From a virus: DNA of 64,000 bases. Made by a program: the position numbers and the translations under genes. The notes beneath the pieces were generated by a model. It saw only the letters and a list, made by a program, of their open reading frames with translations, was not told the origin of the DNA and made no database searches. Below are positions 9,226-19,175 of the stretch, in pieces (position 1 is the first letter of the stretch; each line of letters starts with the position of its first letter). The DNA is taken from IMG/VR virus record IMGVR_UViG_3300029258_002856. One strand, given 5' to 3'.

Positions 9226-10260
9226 TTGAAAATGCATATTTTCAAACGAGCACACTTCCGCGGAATGCTCCACGAGCTTCAGCGACGGGGCTACGTCACG
9301 CTTCCGTCTGAGAAGATTGCGGAGGAAGTGGCGGATGCAGTAGCCGATGAGTACGAGGACGAAGTGATTCCCCCGGTTACTGATGAGTCGGGCTTGACGG
9401 AAGATGAGGCTGCGGAAGCCGTCAATAAGCTTGTCGAAGTCGCCGAAGTCATCGCGGAGAAGTCCGGTGCTGCTGTCGACCCGGCCTACCAGCAGAAGGT
9501 CGCGTCGGTTACCACCGATGAGATGTACAAAGAGGCCGCATCCCAGGCCGCCATCTCTCTCATCGAGAAGGCCGCATTGGAAGGACCCATTATCCCCGGG
9601 CAGAAGCCCCCGGAGGATGGGCTCGACGCCACCAACGAGGCGCAAGTCGACGCGACGGACAACCCCTCGGCGGAGGTCATTGTCCCGAAGGGTGAGTCCT
9701 CGATGGACGCCACCCCCGGCGCGGTGGGACATGAGGCAATCCGTCCAGACCAGCCCGGGGCTAATGACGGTGATACTCCCGTGGAGGTAGCCGATGTGAA
9801 AGTCTCGTCCGTCGATGCCCTCCTGGCTAAACTCGGCATGGGAGCTAGCACCATGGCCGCCCCCTCTCCGGCGGGCGATGGTTCTCCCGGAGCTGCCGGG
9901 GGGAAGGGCGATGGGCGCAAGGACCTCGAGACCAACCTCGGGATGGGCAAGGACATGATTGTCCCGCAGGGGGATACCAAGCAGACTCCTCCGGCAGTCC
10001 CGGTGCCCCTCAAGAGTGCTCCGGCAGCTGCGGGCGTGGACATCACGCAGAAGGACAAGCCGCAGACTGACGTGCAAGCCGACATCAGTAAGGCGGCGTC
10101 TCTTCTTCTGAAGACCGAACGTGGGCGTGCCATCCTGAAGAAGATTGGCGAAGAGCTCAAGGAAGATGAGGAAGAAGAGAAGAAGAAGGACGACGAAGAG
10201 AAGGCCGCTGCTGAAATCCTTCGTCGTGCTCTGGGCCACGCCTCCCAAGCCGTCAGTTAA
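9226..10260 (+). CDS. Acidic putative head scaffold/internal protein
   Basis: SD GAGGAG; acidic and Pro-rich; repeated KxA motifs (EKIA, QKVAS, KEAAS, EKAA, SKAAS). Confidence 0.6.
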   Translation: MKMHIFKRAHFRGMLHELQRRGYVTLPSEKIAEEVADAVADEYEDEVIPPVTDESGLTEDEAAEAVNKLVEVAEVIAEKSGAAVDPAYQQKVASVTTDEMYKEAASQAAISLIEKAALEGPIIPGQKPPEDGLDATNEAQVDATDNPSAEVIVPKGESSMDATPGAVGHEAIRPDQPGANDGDTPVEVADVKVSSVDALLAKLGMGASTMAAPSPAGDGSPGAAGGKGDGRKDLETNLGMGKDMIVPQGDTKQTPPAVPVPLKSAPAAAGVDITQKDKPQTDVQADISKAASLLLKTERGRAILKKIGEELKEDEEEEKKKDDEEKAAAEILRRALGHASQAVS

Positions 10261-10284
10261 GACTTTCCTCCCTAAAATCTCCAC

Positions 10285-10293
10285 AGTATAATT
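10285..10293 (+). promoter_or_regulatory. Class A promoter-like motif AGTATAATT
   Basis: Perfect TATAAT hexamer in intergenic DNA before SD GGAGG and ATG 10331. Confidence 0.55.
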
Positions 10294-10330
10294 CATTTCG
10301 ACTACCCTACTGTAAAGGGAGGATTTACGT

Positions 10331-12982
10331 ATGCCTGGAATGTCAATGTCACCGAACGTAAACGCCTACGGCGAAGTGCCAGCAGCAGAGCAGGCCGAAG
10401 AGCTGTTCAAGCAGGAGTTCGCGAAGGCAGCGTGGGCGGTAATCCTGTCGAAGTTCCCGGACCTCTCACCTTCAGTGGTGACGTTCAAAATTCTGGAGAC
10501 TGACGCAGAGACCGGCAAGGGTGTTGGCGCGTTCATCCTCCTCTATGAGCAAAAACCTATCTACATCCCTGTGGTGATGGTAGACAGCAAGCTCAAACCC
10601 CTGGAGATGTTCTACTACAAAGAGATGAACATCTTCCTGCCGCTCTCTAAGACCTGGCTGGAGGAAGTCTCCAAAATGAGTTTGGATGAGATGGGACGCG
10701 GGGAGGACATTCCAGACAGTGTTCCCCGGGACGTCAACATCCGGGACCTCGTGATGCCCCCGTACACGCAGAGTGGGCGCGTGGGGTTGGCGCATGACCT
10801 GGAGCACGGAGCACAAGCGCTGTTCAAAGAGGCTGAGAACCAGGAGGTGGAGATACACCCCCGGTTCCTTCACGCCATTCGCCGTGCGCCGAAGGTGGCC
10901 CTCGACGGCATCAAGGTGGCGTTCCAGCACAATCCCGCACTACTCCAGAAGATTGCCAAGGTTTACGGAGTAAAAGAACTGACTGCTGCCATCACTGAGG
11001 GCTACCAGAAGGCGCACATGTCTTCGCAGCTCCAAGAGAAGGTGGCGTCGGTACGAGAAGGTGCGCTCGAAGTTTTCACCAAAGAGGCCTCTTCGGACCG
11101 ACTCCGTGAAGTGTTTGGACCCAAGGCCGGTGAAGCCTTCATGGAAATTCTCACCAAGGGTTACGCCGTACAGGACACCCGGCACGTGAAGCACGCGGCC
11201 ATTTCGGTGAAACTCGAGACCGAGGCGAAGCTCCAGGCTCCTGGCCCTGCGCCGGGGTGGTTCAAGCTGTTCTTCGTGGATGGTCCAGCCGGGAACTACC
11301 TGGTCATCCCCCACCCGAAGCGGTCGGAGAAGTATGTCGGGAACGGCGACTACTACTACACTGGCAGTGACTACCGCAACTTCGACAGCTTCAACAAGGA
11401 GCCCGCCCTCGTCGTGGACGTCAATGGCAAAGAGGCATGGCTGGCCAAGGGCGTCTTGGGGATTCCTATTTACGAGGAGGGAGACGTCAACCAGACAAAG
11501 CTCTGGAAGATGCTCAATGCTGCGGGGAAGGGTGACACTCCGCGTCCTTACTCCTATGGCTTTTTCATCTACGCCGGTCCGCAGGGGGTTCAAGCTACGG
11601 AACCCATCGACGTTCGTCAGGTGACGGATACCGGGGACGGGCGTGTTCGTATTCAATCGGATTTTGGGCCGAAGTTCATCTGGGACACGGACCCCACGCG
11701 GCACACCATCGACCACGCCATGAACGGCGAGTTTGTTTTTTTGCCCAAGAACACCAAGTGGGTGGAAATCGGAAAGGTGCCCGAGGAAGCGAATAAACGG
11801 GACTTCGAGAAGATGCGGGATGTCCGGCGTCTAGCTAGCCAGCATCGTCGTGAGACTCTGCTGAGTGACCCGAAGCTCATCTTTCGGTGGATGAACCAGA
11901 TTCTTCAGGAGAGCGGAGCCAAGAAGGTCAACGTCAAACGCGCAGGGGAAGACCTGTGGTGGATTGAAGGTGACTCGAAGCCCTACACTCTGGACGTAGC
12001 CATCGACAAAGTTGCTCGGGAGTACGATGTCACCACGGATGCGGCGCTCGACGTACTGAAGGAAGCTCAGCACCTTGGGGTGGCCGAGGCGTACATCGTT
12101 GACCATGCATCGGGACGAAAAGTTCAAGAGTCGTTCCAGAAGCACGCGCAACCACCAGGACAGGTGGGTGCGGAGATTCCGATGCCTCCGGGTCCGCAAG
12201 CAGGACCGCCTCCGGGCGGCATGCCTGCCCCTCCTGGAGACCCGAGCATGGCGGGAATGGCCCCTCCTCCGATGCCTACCTCTCCGATGACACCCACGGA
12301 CCTGGCTATCGCCGAGGTAGTGGACAACCTGCGCGAGCAAAACAATATGCAAATGCAGCAAGCGCAGGACCACATGATGATGCAGCAACAGCAGATGCAG
12401 ATGGAGGCGGAAAACAACGACCGCCTCATCGGTGTCCTCGAGGGTATTCAACAACGGTCACAAGAAATCTCGGCGGCTACCGGAGGCATGATTCCTGCGG
12501 GGGCAGAACAAGCTCCAGCACAGGCAGCGCAGATGCTCGCCCCTATCCCGCCCGAAGAACCCCCTCCCCCTCCGCAACCAGTGATGGATGAGGCTGGGGC
12601 AGAAGTCACCCCCGACATGGTGGCGCAGCAAATCAACCCCTCGATGATTGAAGATGCCGAGGCTCTTCAGAACGAGGGGGTCTTCGACACTGCGGCGATT
12701 GCAATGTTGGCCGCAGCACCGGTACTCCAAGATATCGTCTCTTCTTACATCCCCAACCTGGAGAAGTGTCTGGACAACGTGGGACGTATTCTCCTCACCC
12801 TTTGGATGCGGGAGGAAGAGACCAAAGAAGCCATCGGGGATGAAGCATTCATCGTCCTGGAGGACAAGCTCCGTACTGTCTTCAAGAACCTGGGCGATAC
12901 CATTCTCGAAATCAACCGCAACGCGGTGAGCACCGAGGACTCTGCACAGGAAATGTCGCAGATGCTTGCTGACCAGCAGTAA
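10331..12982 (+). CDS. Large putative head morphogenesis protein with P/Q/M-rich C-terminal region
   Basis: 883-aa ORF with SD in the head cluster; KxA motifs (FKEA, EKVAS, QKHA). Function not recognised. Confidence 0.6.
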   Translation: MPGMSMSPNVNAYGEVPAAEQAEELFKQEFAKAAWAVILSKFPDLSPSVVTFKILETDAETGKGVGAFILLYEQKPIYIPVVMVDSKLKPLEMFYYKEMNIFLPLSKTWLEEVSKMSLDEMGRGEDIPDSVPRDVNIRDLVMPPYTQSGRVGLAHDLEHGAQALFKEAENQEVEIHPRFLHAIRRAPKVALDGIKVAFQHNPALLQKIAKVYGVKELTAAITEGYQKAHMSSQLQEKVASVREGALEVFTKEASSDRLREVFGPKAGEAFMEILTKGYAVQDTRHVKHAAISVKLETEAKLQAPGPAPGWFKLFFVDGPAGNYLVIPHPKRSEKYVGNGDYYYTGSDYRNFDSFNKEPALVVDVNGKEAWLAKGVLGIPIYEEGDVNQTKLWKMLNAAGKGDTPRPYSYGFFIYAGPQGVQATEPIDVRQVTDTGDGRVRIQSDFGPKFIWDTDPTRHTIDHAMNGEFVFLPKNTKWVEIGKVPEEANKRDFEKMRDVRRLASQHRRETLLSDPKLIFRWMNQILQESGAKKVNVKRAGEDLWWIEGDSKPYTLDVAIDKVAREYDVTTDAALDVLKEAQHLGVAEAYIVDHASGRKVQESFQKHAQPPGQVGAEIPMPPGPQAGPPPGGMPAPPGDPSMAGMAPPPMPTSPMTPTDLAIAEVVDNLREQNNMQMQQAQDHMMMQQQQMQMEAENNDRLIGVLEGIQQRSQEISAATGGMIPAGAEQAPAQAAQMLAPIPPEEPPPPPQPVMDEAGAEVTPDMVAQQINPSMIEDAEALQNEGVFDTAAIAMLAAAPVLQDIVSSYIPNLEKCLDNVGRILLTLWMREEETKEAIGDEAFIVLEDKLRTVFKNLGDTILEINRNAVSTEDSAQEMSQMLADQQ

Positions 12983-13680
12983 TGAAGCGTTGCGTCCCAG
13001 ACCGCAAGTGGAAGATGGTCATGGCGGCTGTTGCGAAGAAGTCTCGGCCAAAAGATTCGCAGCTTGCGAAGGTCTATGACTTCCTCGCGGAGGAGAAAGA
13101 CGACGACCGTGTTGAGTACGTGGTGTCCCTCCTCGATTCACCTATGGCCCGGGACCGCATCGTTGCTTTCTTCTTGAGCGGGGCGACCCTCCCGGAAATC
13201 AGCAAGAGCCTGTGGATTCCGATTGAGGTGCTGGAGCTTTTCCAATGGCTCTATGTCAACAAGGACGAATTTCGGCATAAGCTCGAGATCTATCAGTATG
13301 CTCAGGAGTACATGCGGAACGTCTGCGAAGAGGAGAACGCGGAGTGGCTGAAACTTGGTCTTGAGATTGGACCCCTCGCTCTTATCTACAAACATCTCCA
13401 CGGTCACGAGAATCTCCCCATCGATGCGCGGATGCTTACCCGGGAGATGATTAACCAGGCGTTTCATCTGAGCATGCTGGCTCGGGGCAATCAAATTACT
13501 TCTTCCGTTGCGAAAGAGGCCTACAAGTGGATGGGTAGCGCCTCCCGCATGGCCCTTTCGTACGATAAGCTTGGTTTGGATGACACGGCGGAGGATGAAG
13601 CCCTGGTTGCTATCGAGCGTCGGAAGATGACCCGAACTCCGGAGGAGGCAGAGGTTCCTCCGGATACGATTCTGCACTGA
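12982..13680 (+). CDS. Hypothetical protein
   Basis: 232-aa ORF whose start overlaps the previous stop. Confidence 0.7.
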   Translation: MKRCVPDRKWKMVMAAVAKKSRPKDSQLAKVYDFLAEEKDDDRVEYVVSLLDSPMARDRIVAFFLSGATLPEISKSLWIPIEVLELFQWLYVNKDEFRHKLEIYQYAQEYMRNVCEEENAEWLKLGLEIGPLALIYKHLHGHENLPIDARMLTREMINQAFHLSMLARGNQITSSVAKEAYKWMGSASRMALSYDKLGLDDTAEDEALVAIERRKMTRTPEEAEVPPDTILH

Positions 13681-13693
13681 AAGGACGAGACGA

Positions 13694-14566
13694 ATGTGGC
13701 AGCGCAAACAATACGATAACGCGGCATTGGAGATTGCGAAGAACTACGTTGCGGCGGATGGCCAGTGCAGTATCGAAGACTTAGCTACGAAGGTGGCCAA
13801 CGACAACAACCTGAACCCCGACGGCATCCGTACCCTGGTGCGGCTGGCTAATGTCTGCGCATTCCAGGAACTCTTCGACAAGAAGGCCGGAGACGAGGAC
13901 CGGATGGTGGAGTTCAAATTGGGAGACGCGGAACTCGTCATCAGCAAGCTGCATGAGGATGCCCGGGAGAAAGTGGCCTCTGCTCCTGCTCCGACTGCCC
14001 CCAACTACAATCGACACTTGGACTACTTTGGGGAGTTCGAGAAGGTCGCCAATGGTGATGAGGAGGAAGAGGGAGAAGAGGTTGAGGAGCTTGCCGAGGA
14101 AGAGTTGAAGGAAGAGCAGAAGGCCGATGGGCCGGTGGTGGACAAGCAGAAGACCAAGAAGCTCTTCGAAGCCGCGACGGAGAAGCTCGAGGGAGAGAAG
14201 AAAGAGGCGCAGTATGCGTGGCTGCGGAACATGGAGAACGCAGCCCAATCCGTCCGCGTCCTTTCCGGAACCTCTTCTTTTGGTGACATGTCAACCTTCG
14301 AGAAAGATGCCGTGTGTTCCGTGGGAGAGGACATCATCCCAGAGCTGCGTGCCCTCAACTACATGGTCGGCGGTAGTCTCGACGCTCCGCTCTTCGGGGG
14401 GGAGAAAATTGCGTCGGTGCACAACACTCATGTAGTGCTCCCTCTCACGTCGGAAAAGAAGAATGTGTGCACCGTCTTGAAGAATGCGAGTCAAGCTCGC
14501 TACAATTCTAAGGAATGCGACCGCGGTTTGGTTTTACTGCGTAAAGGGCTGTCGGAATGCCAATAA
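13694..14566 (+). CDS. Putative head protein (acidic linker, KxA motifs)
   Basis: SD AAGGA; EKVAS, EKVA, EKIAS motifs. Confidence 0.65.
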   Translation: MWQRKQYDNAALEIAKNYVAADGQCSIEDLATKVANDNNLNPDGIRTLVRLANVCAFQELFDKKAGDEDRMVEFKLGDAELVISKLHEDAREKVASAPAPTAPNYNRHLDYFGEFEKVANGDEEEEGEEVEELAEEELKEEQKADGPVVDKQKTKKLFEAATEKLEGEKKEAQYAWLRNMENAAQSVRVLSGTSSFGDMSTFEKDAVCSVGEDIIPELRALNYMVGGSLDAPLFGGEKIASVHNTHVVLPLTSEKKNVCTVLKNASQARYNSKECDRGLVLLRKGLSECQ

Positions 14567-15195
14567 TCGGTAACCTCACGGCCAAGGGAATGCTCGGGAC
14601 CGCGCTGCGTCACCCGGCACTTCTCCTTGCGCTCGGTGGAGGAGCCGTAGTAGCGTCTAACCTCAGACAACAGGGCCGTGAATTGGAGAGCGAAATCATG
14701 AAAAACCGTCTAGGCGCACCTGGGGCGAAATTCGTTTACGCGGAGTTCGACAACTTCGCGGGACGTAAACGACACCTGGCGGAGAAGTTGGCGTTCTCCA
14801 AGGAGGCGGATGAGACGGCGGTGGGGGACGTCATCGTCAAGGGGTTAGCTGGAGGTGCCGCCGGAGAATCTGTTCGGGGTCTCCGGGATGTGGTAGGCGG
14901 CGCGGCCCGCAAAGTTAAGGACCGTCTCGTTCTTGAACCACGCCGAGAAAAAATTCTGGAGCAAATCCTTACGGACGACCCGACAGTTTCTGCTTACGAG
15001 GAAGAGAGTCCTGGATCGGCGGCCCAGGCGTACAGCTCCATGAAGCGTGTTGCTCCAGAACTCAGCACTGACCCCAACGTTGTTCTCTCCTATCTCCGGG
15101 AGGCAGCACAGACGGGCGGCAGTACCAACTACATGACCATCAAACAGCTAGCGGAAACCGAAGCCGCAATCAATAAGGCAAAGGGGAGAGGTTAA
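14557..15195 (+). CDS. Putative virion protein with N-terminal hydrophobic segment
   Basis: ALLLALGGGAVVA segment; EKLA and SKEA motifs. Confidence 0.65.
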   Translation: MPIIGNLTAKGMLGTALRHPALLLALGGGAVVASNLRQQGRELESEIMKNRLGAPGAKFVYAEFDNFAGRKRHLAEKLAFSKEADETAVGDVIVKGLAGGAAGESVRGLRDVVGGAARKVKDRLVLEPRREKILEQILTDDPTVSAYEEESPGSAAQAYSSMKRVAPELSTDPNVVLSYLREAAQTGGSTNYMTIKQLAETEAAINKAKGRG

Positions 15196-15196
15196 G

Positions 15197-15415
15197 ATGT
15201 CCATGGAAAAACTGGCAGCACTGGTTCCTGAGCAAGTCAAGGAAGCCGTTACCTCTCACCAGAATCACCGGCTCCTCATGGCTCGGACAGGTCTTGATGA
15301 GGTCACTCTTCAAAAGCTGGGAGCGTACATTGGAGGTCGCGTAGCTGCACGGCGTGCACGCTGGCGTCCGGTCTTTGACGGGTTCCGAGCTTTGAAGAAC
15401 CTGCGGAGGTCATAA
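15197..15415 (+). CDS. Small hypothetical protein
   Basis: Tightly packed operon ORF; EKLAA and QKLG motifs. Confidence 0.6.
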   Translation: MSMEKLAALVPEQVKEAVTSHQNHRLLMARTGLDEVTLQKLGAYIGGRVAARRARWRPVFDGFRALKNLRRS

Positions 15416-15819
15416 TGCGTGCTCTTGCTGCGGAAATTTCGCACACGCTGAGACAGCGTGCGAAGCTGGAGAAAATTGCGGCGGACACGGAGTCGGCAGG
15501 CGTCAGCTACGAAGCCCAGAAGGGTAGTGTTGATGTTTGCAACCGCCTTTACGGCGTACTCCAGAAAGAAGCGTCTTTCAAAGGTGATGGGAAAGACGAC
15601 CTTCGTTTCTGCGAACTCATCACCAAGATGGCGAGTGCTCTTGGGAAAGAGAAGCCTTCCGCGGAGACTCAGCTCAAGTTGGCGGGTGCGGTGATGGTTG
15701 ATTTGGCGCTTCAGCGCGCGCTCAATGACGACATCCCCTACGCAGAGAAGACTAAACTGGCCGCGCAGCAGCTTTACGGGCGGGAATACCTCGCGGACTT
15801 GCTCACCGGAGTTCTGTAG
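15415..15819 (+). CDS. Putative head protein
   Basis: Coupled ORF; EKIAA, QKEAS, LKLAG, TKLAA motifs. Confidence 0.65.
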   Translation: MRALAAEISHTLRQRAKLEKIAADTESAGVSYEAQKGSVDVCNRLYGVLQKEASFKGDGKDDLRFCELITKMASALGKEKPSAETQLKLAGAVMVDLALQRALNDDIPYAEKTKLAAQQLYGREYLADLLTGVL

Positions 15820-17900
15820 TGGATAAGATTATCCGACTCGAGTCACACTTCCCGCAGACGGGAGAGTTGACGGTACAGCCTGTTCTCCTCTGGGCGAACA
15901 ACCGCCCGTGTGTTGAGTCGATAACTAAGCACGCCAGCGTCGGTCACGCCTACTTCAGGACGATACAGCCGATGCCGGGGCACTCCATCGTGTACGTGCT
16001 CGCAGTAAGCAACTGGGAGCACTACGGGGAAAACCGTAACGGCGATGGCTTCCCGGAATTCCCGTACAAGGACCACGAGACTCCTCCTTGGATTGCTCCG
16101 GAGGACGTGCTCCCACTTCACTACAAAACGTTCGAGCAGTTTGGACATAACTACCGTCACCATGCCAACAAGGACCCGAAGAAGGCCGTTGGTAAAGTGA
16201 TGAAGGCGTTCTGGAATCCCAGCATGCACCGCGTGGAGCTGCTGGTTGATTTGGAGGACGAGAAAGCTCCGGACCTGGCTGAGCGCATTGCGAACGGGGA
16301 GTATCCCCCCGTAAGCATGGGTACGAAGGTCCCGTACGATGTTTGCACCATCTGCGGCAACCGTGCACCTACCCGAGCACAGTACTGCGACCACTTGAAG
16401 TTCCAGATGCGCGAAGTCATCAACGGGATGAAGGTGGCGGCCCTCAACCCTCGACCGAAATTTTTTGATATCTCCTGGGTGTTCCGTCCTGCGGACCCAA
16501 CGGCTTTCATGATGAAGAAAGTTGCGGAAGACGCGCCCTACGAGTTACTGAGTGGTTCCCAGGCTGGGGATTACCTGGGCGAGATGCAAGAGCGCAAGTT
16601 GGCCGCGCATAAGCTGGCGGTCATCGACAAAGTAGTCCAAGGCCTCCCCGTTGACGCGAAGACTGACGGTATCGATCCCGCGCAGTTGAACAACGTGCGG
16701 GGAATGCGCACCATCGTCATCATCGCAGGGCAGAACACGCCTTCGTTCCCGGACAATCTACTTCAGAACCTGGCGACGCAGCCTCTCAACCGGGTGCTGT
16801 CTTCTCTCTACGCTTCGGGAATGACGCTCAACACTCCCGAGTTGATGAAGATTGTCGCGTGCAACGCTGCCCCGGGAATGAAGGTGCCTGAGCGAGCACT
16901 CGATAACGGAGTAGCGTTACAGCGCAGCATTATCGAACTGTTCGGCGACGCGCCCCAACTTCTCGACAAGTTCGACAAGAGCGCGGCTCTCGACGTGGGT
17001 GTAGCGCACATAGACAACGCTATCATAGACCTTCTTACTCCGTACCGGGAAAAGCGTGCTGGGATTTCCGAGTACCTCAAGCGCCGTCTTGTTCCCGAGA
17101 AGTATCGAGAGGAGACCCCCTATACGTCCCAAATGACAATCACGGACCCGGCCACAGGCTTCACCTACGGGACCACTCGAGGTGCTGCCATCCGGGCGCA
17201 CGACGAAATAGCCAAACGGAACCTCTACAAAGTTCTGGGTGGTGGTGCACTTCTCGGTGGTGCATACAAGCTCCTCTCTACCGGACTGCGACGTGCAGGT
17301 TACGGGAAGCTTCGACCCCTTGCGGGACTCGCGCTTGGTGCTCTTGGGGCCTATCACTGGCCGTCGATGGGGGCGCACTACATGACAGACCAGGGTATTC
17401 CGGTTCCTATCACCACGGAGCTTGCAAAGGTGGGAGCCTTCAACCCCAAGTCCATCGCTCTGCCCCTCTTCGGAACCTTGGGGACTATGGCGCTTCTCGC
17501 TCACGACTACGGGTCGCGGATGGAGCAAGGTATCCCGATGGGGCACCCGTACCTGCCACTCTCCCGGCGCATACTCGACAAAGTAGAGGCGTTCGCACAA
17601 GAACATCCGCTGTTGGCTACTGGGATTGGGACGCTGGCACTCCATCGTTTGGGGAAGACGCGACCTTTACAGTTTCTGGGAAAAACGGTAATCCCTAAAG
17701 CTACAGATGTTGCACAACGAGGAATGAGTTCAGTGAAGGACCGCGCTTCTGCGGCGATGAAAGCTTTGGCAGGAGGAGAAACCAAATTGTCGGCGTACAT
17801 GGAAGACTTGATTCCTGAACCGACGGACACGGTGATGCTCCCCGAAGTGGACATTGACAAAGTAGCGGAACGCGTCGGATTTTTGATTGTCGAGGGGTAG
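15819..17900 (+). CDS. Prohead (maturation) protease, HK97/assemblin-type serine protease, with hydrophobic C-terminal extension
   Basis: ENRNGDGF; HHANKD (candidate catalytic His); VSMGTKVPYDVCTICGN (candidate catalytic Ser plus CxxC); FFDISWVFRPADPTA. Lies upstream of scaffold-like and capsid genes. GTG start. Confidence 0.8.
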   Translation: MDKIIRLESHFPQTGELTVQPVLLWANNRPCVESITKHASVGHAYFRTIQPMPGHSIVYVLAVSNWEHYGENRNGDGFPEFPYKDHETPPWIAPEDVLPLHYKTFEQFGHNYRHHANKDPKKAVGKVMKAFWNPSMHRVELLVDLEDEKAPDLAERIANGEYPPVSMGTKVPYDVCTICGNRAPTRAQYCDHLKFQMREVINGMKVAALNPRPKFFDISWVFRPADPTAFMMKKVAEDAPYELLSGSQAGDYLGEMQERKLAAHKLAVIDKVVQGLPVDAKTDGIDPAQLNNVRGMRTIVIIAGQNTPSFPDNLLQNLATQPLNRVLSSLYASGMTLNTPELMKIVACNAAPGMKVPERALDNGVALQRSIIELFGDAPQLLDKFDKSAALDVGVAHIDNAIIDLLTPYREKRAGISEYLKRRLVPEKYREETPYTSQMTITDPATGFTYGTTRGAAIRAHDEIAKRNLYKVLGGGALLGGAYKLLSTGLRRAGYGKLRPLAGLALGALGAYHWPSMGAHYMTDQGIPVPITTELAKVGAFNPKSIALPLFGTLGTMALLAHDYGSRMEQGIPMGHPYLPLSRRILDKVEAFAQEHPLLATGIGTLALHRLGKTRPLQFLGKTVIPKATDVAQRGMSSVKDRASAAMKALAGGETKLSAYMEDLIPEPTDTVMLPEVDIDKVAERVGFLIVEG

Positions 17901-17924
17901 TCCTTGTAGAACAAACGTTTGCAC

Positions 17925-17933
17925 CCTATTATT
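17925..17933 (+). promoter_or_regulatory. Class A promoter-like motif CCTATTATT with TTGTAG 17 bp upstream
   Basis: TTGTAG at 17904-17909, 17-bp spacer, then TATTAT. The same -35 hexamer precedes 31068. Confidence 0.6.
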
Positions 17934-17964
17934 GGTTGCGAACAACAAAGCGAGGTAGACTGTC

Positions 17965-18657
17965 ATGGCAACTTTGGACCAACTTCTGGGTGATATCGAA
18001 AACGCGGAGAAAACCGCAAGCGCGCAAGCCGACCCCAAAACCGGGGACCAGGCTGCGGCTCAAACGGCCCTCAAGGATGTTCTCGACGAGGCCCAACAGA
18101 GCAAGACCGCTTCGGCGGGAGGCTCCGAGGACCCGGTGGATGCGCTCATGAAAATGGCCGAAGAGCTTGTCGAGTCTGAGAAGGAAGCCGAAGTCGTGCT
18201 GGCCGCGCAATGTGGTCGCGCCTTCGGGGACGCCTTCCTGGAGCAGATTGCTTCGGCGGACGCGGCGGCCAAGGTCGCGGCGGCACAGTACTCCACTGGC
18301 GTCTCCGACCCGCAAATCAGCGATGCGCAGGCTGCGGATATGCTCAAGCAGGCTGCGGCCACGGGCTATGAGCGTGTCCAGCGCCAGCTGGCCCCGGCCA
18401 ACGACCTCGAGGAGGTCGTCAAGGTGGCTGCCGCCCAAGGTCAGGAAGAAGAGCTGCTCAAGCTGGCCGCGCAGGAAGGCTACGACGCTGCGGTTGCGGC
18501 AATGCAGAAGGAAGCAGCTCCGACCTTTGACACCGGTCAGCAGCAGGCGTTGCAAGAAGTTCATGATGTCTGTGCGGCCGAGTTCATGAAGGGTGCGCAG
18601 GAAGTTGCCATGTTCGCCAACCGTGCGGAAGCGGCGCGGCAACAGCAACAGAGGTAA
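17965..18657 (+). CDS. Putative scaffolding protein
   Basis: Ala/Gln/Glu-rich helical sequence with about seven KxA[AS] motifs, between protease and capsid genes. Confidence 0.65.
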   Translation: MATLDQLLGDIENAEKTASAQADPKTGDQAAAQTALKDVLDEAQQSKTASAGGSEDPVDALMKMAEELVESEKEAEVVLAAQCGRAFGDAFLEQIASADAAAKVAAAQYSTGVSDPQISDAQAADMLKQAAATGYERVQRQLAPANDLEEVVKVAAAQGQEEELLKLAAQEGYDAAVAAMQKEAAPTFDTGQQQALQEVHDVCAAEFMKGAQEVAMFANRAEAARQQQQR

Positions 18658-18660
18658 CCC

Positions 18661-18786
18661 ATGTACGACGCGGCAACGCGCAAGCAGTACGAGAAGCTCC
18701 TCAAGACCGCGATGGAGAGTCTCGCTCCGCGTTACGGAGTAAAACTCCCCGCGCCAAAGAAGAGCAAGGATAAGCGGGATGCCTAG
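18661..18786 (+). CDS. Small basic protein (41 aa, below ORF-track cutoff)
   Basis: MYDAATRKQYEKLLKTAMESLAPRYGVKLPAPKKSKDKRDA; SD GAGG; fills the gap between neighbours. Confidence 0.55.
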   Translation: MYDAATRKQYEKLLKTAMESLAPRYGVKLPAPKKSKDKRDA

Positions 18787-19003
18787 ACTACCGGATGTGA
18801 ACACCCTTATTCGGCGTGTCAAGAAGCTGGCTACGACTTCACCGCCAGAAGCCGAGAAGACTGCGGCTCCCGCCGAGAATTTCACCACGGATGTTGCCAA
18901 GGACCTGGCCAAGTTCGCGCAACGGTTGCGGACCCAGCCGGACTCGGGCGATGTAACCTATAACGACGTGCTGTCGTTTGGACGAGGGTTGCTAGACCGA
19001 TGA
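18779..19003 (+). CDS. Small head-cluster protein
   Basis: Overlaps previous stop; KKLA and EKTAA motifs. Confidence 0.6.
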   Translation: MPRLPDVNTLIRRVKKLATTSPPEAEKTAAPAENFTTDVAKDLAKFAQRLRTQPDSGDVTYNDVLSFGRGLLDR

Positions 19004-19170
19004 TGACACGAGAAGAAGGCTTGAAGCTTGCCGAGAGGATGCGAAACCTCGCCGCAGAATATCGGAAAGACGATGCCAAAAAGAAACAGGAGAAGACCGT
19101 GAAGTGCGCACAGGTTCTCACTGTTGCTCGTGGCGTGTCAGCGTTCAAGAAAATCCTGGCTGGAGGATAG
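19000..19170 (+). CDS. Small basic protein (56 aa, below cutoff)
   Basis: ATGA overlap with the previous stop; MMTREEGLKLAERMRNLAAEY...ILAGG. Confidence 0.55.
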   Translation: MMTREEGLKLAERMRNLAAEYRKDDAKKKQEKTVKCAQVLTVARGVSAFKKILAGG

Positions 19171-19175
19171 TCACC

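Noticed and set aside
9205-10296. Long minus-strand ORFs opposite structural genes (for example 9205..10296, 19859..21151, 25238..26089, 27155..28015, 34680..35918)
   Set aside because: These are antisense shadows of GC3-biased plus-strand genes, with no SD and non-protein-like composition.
10331-12982. Portal protein assignment
   Set aside because: Size and location are suggestive, but no recognisable portal motifs were seen; left as a head-associated hypothetical.
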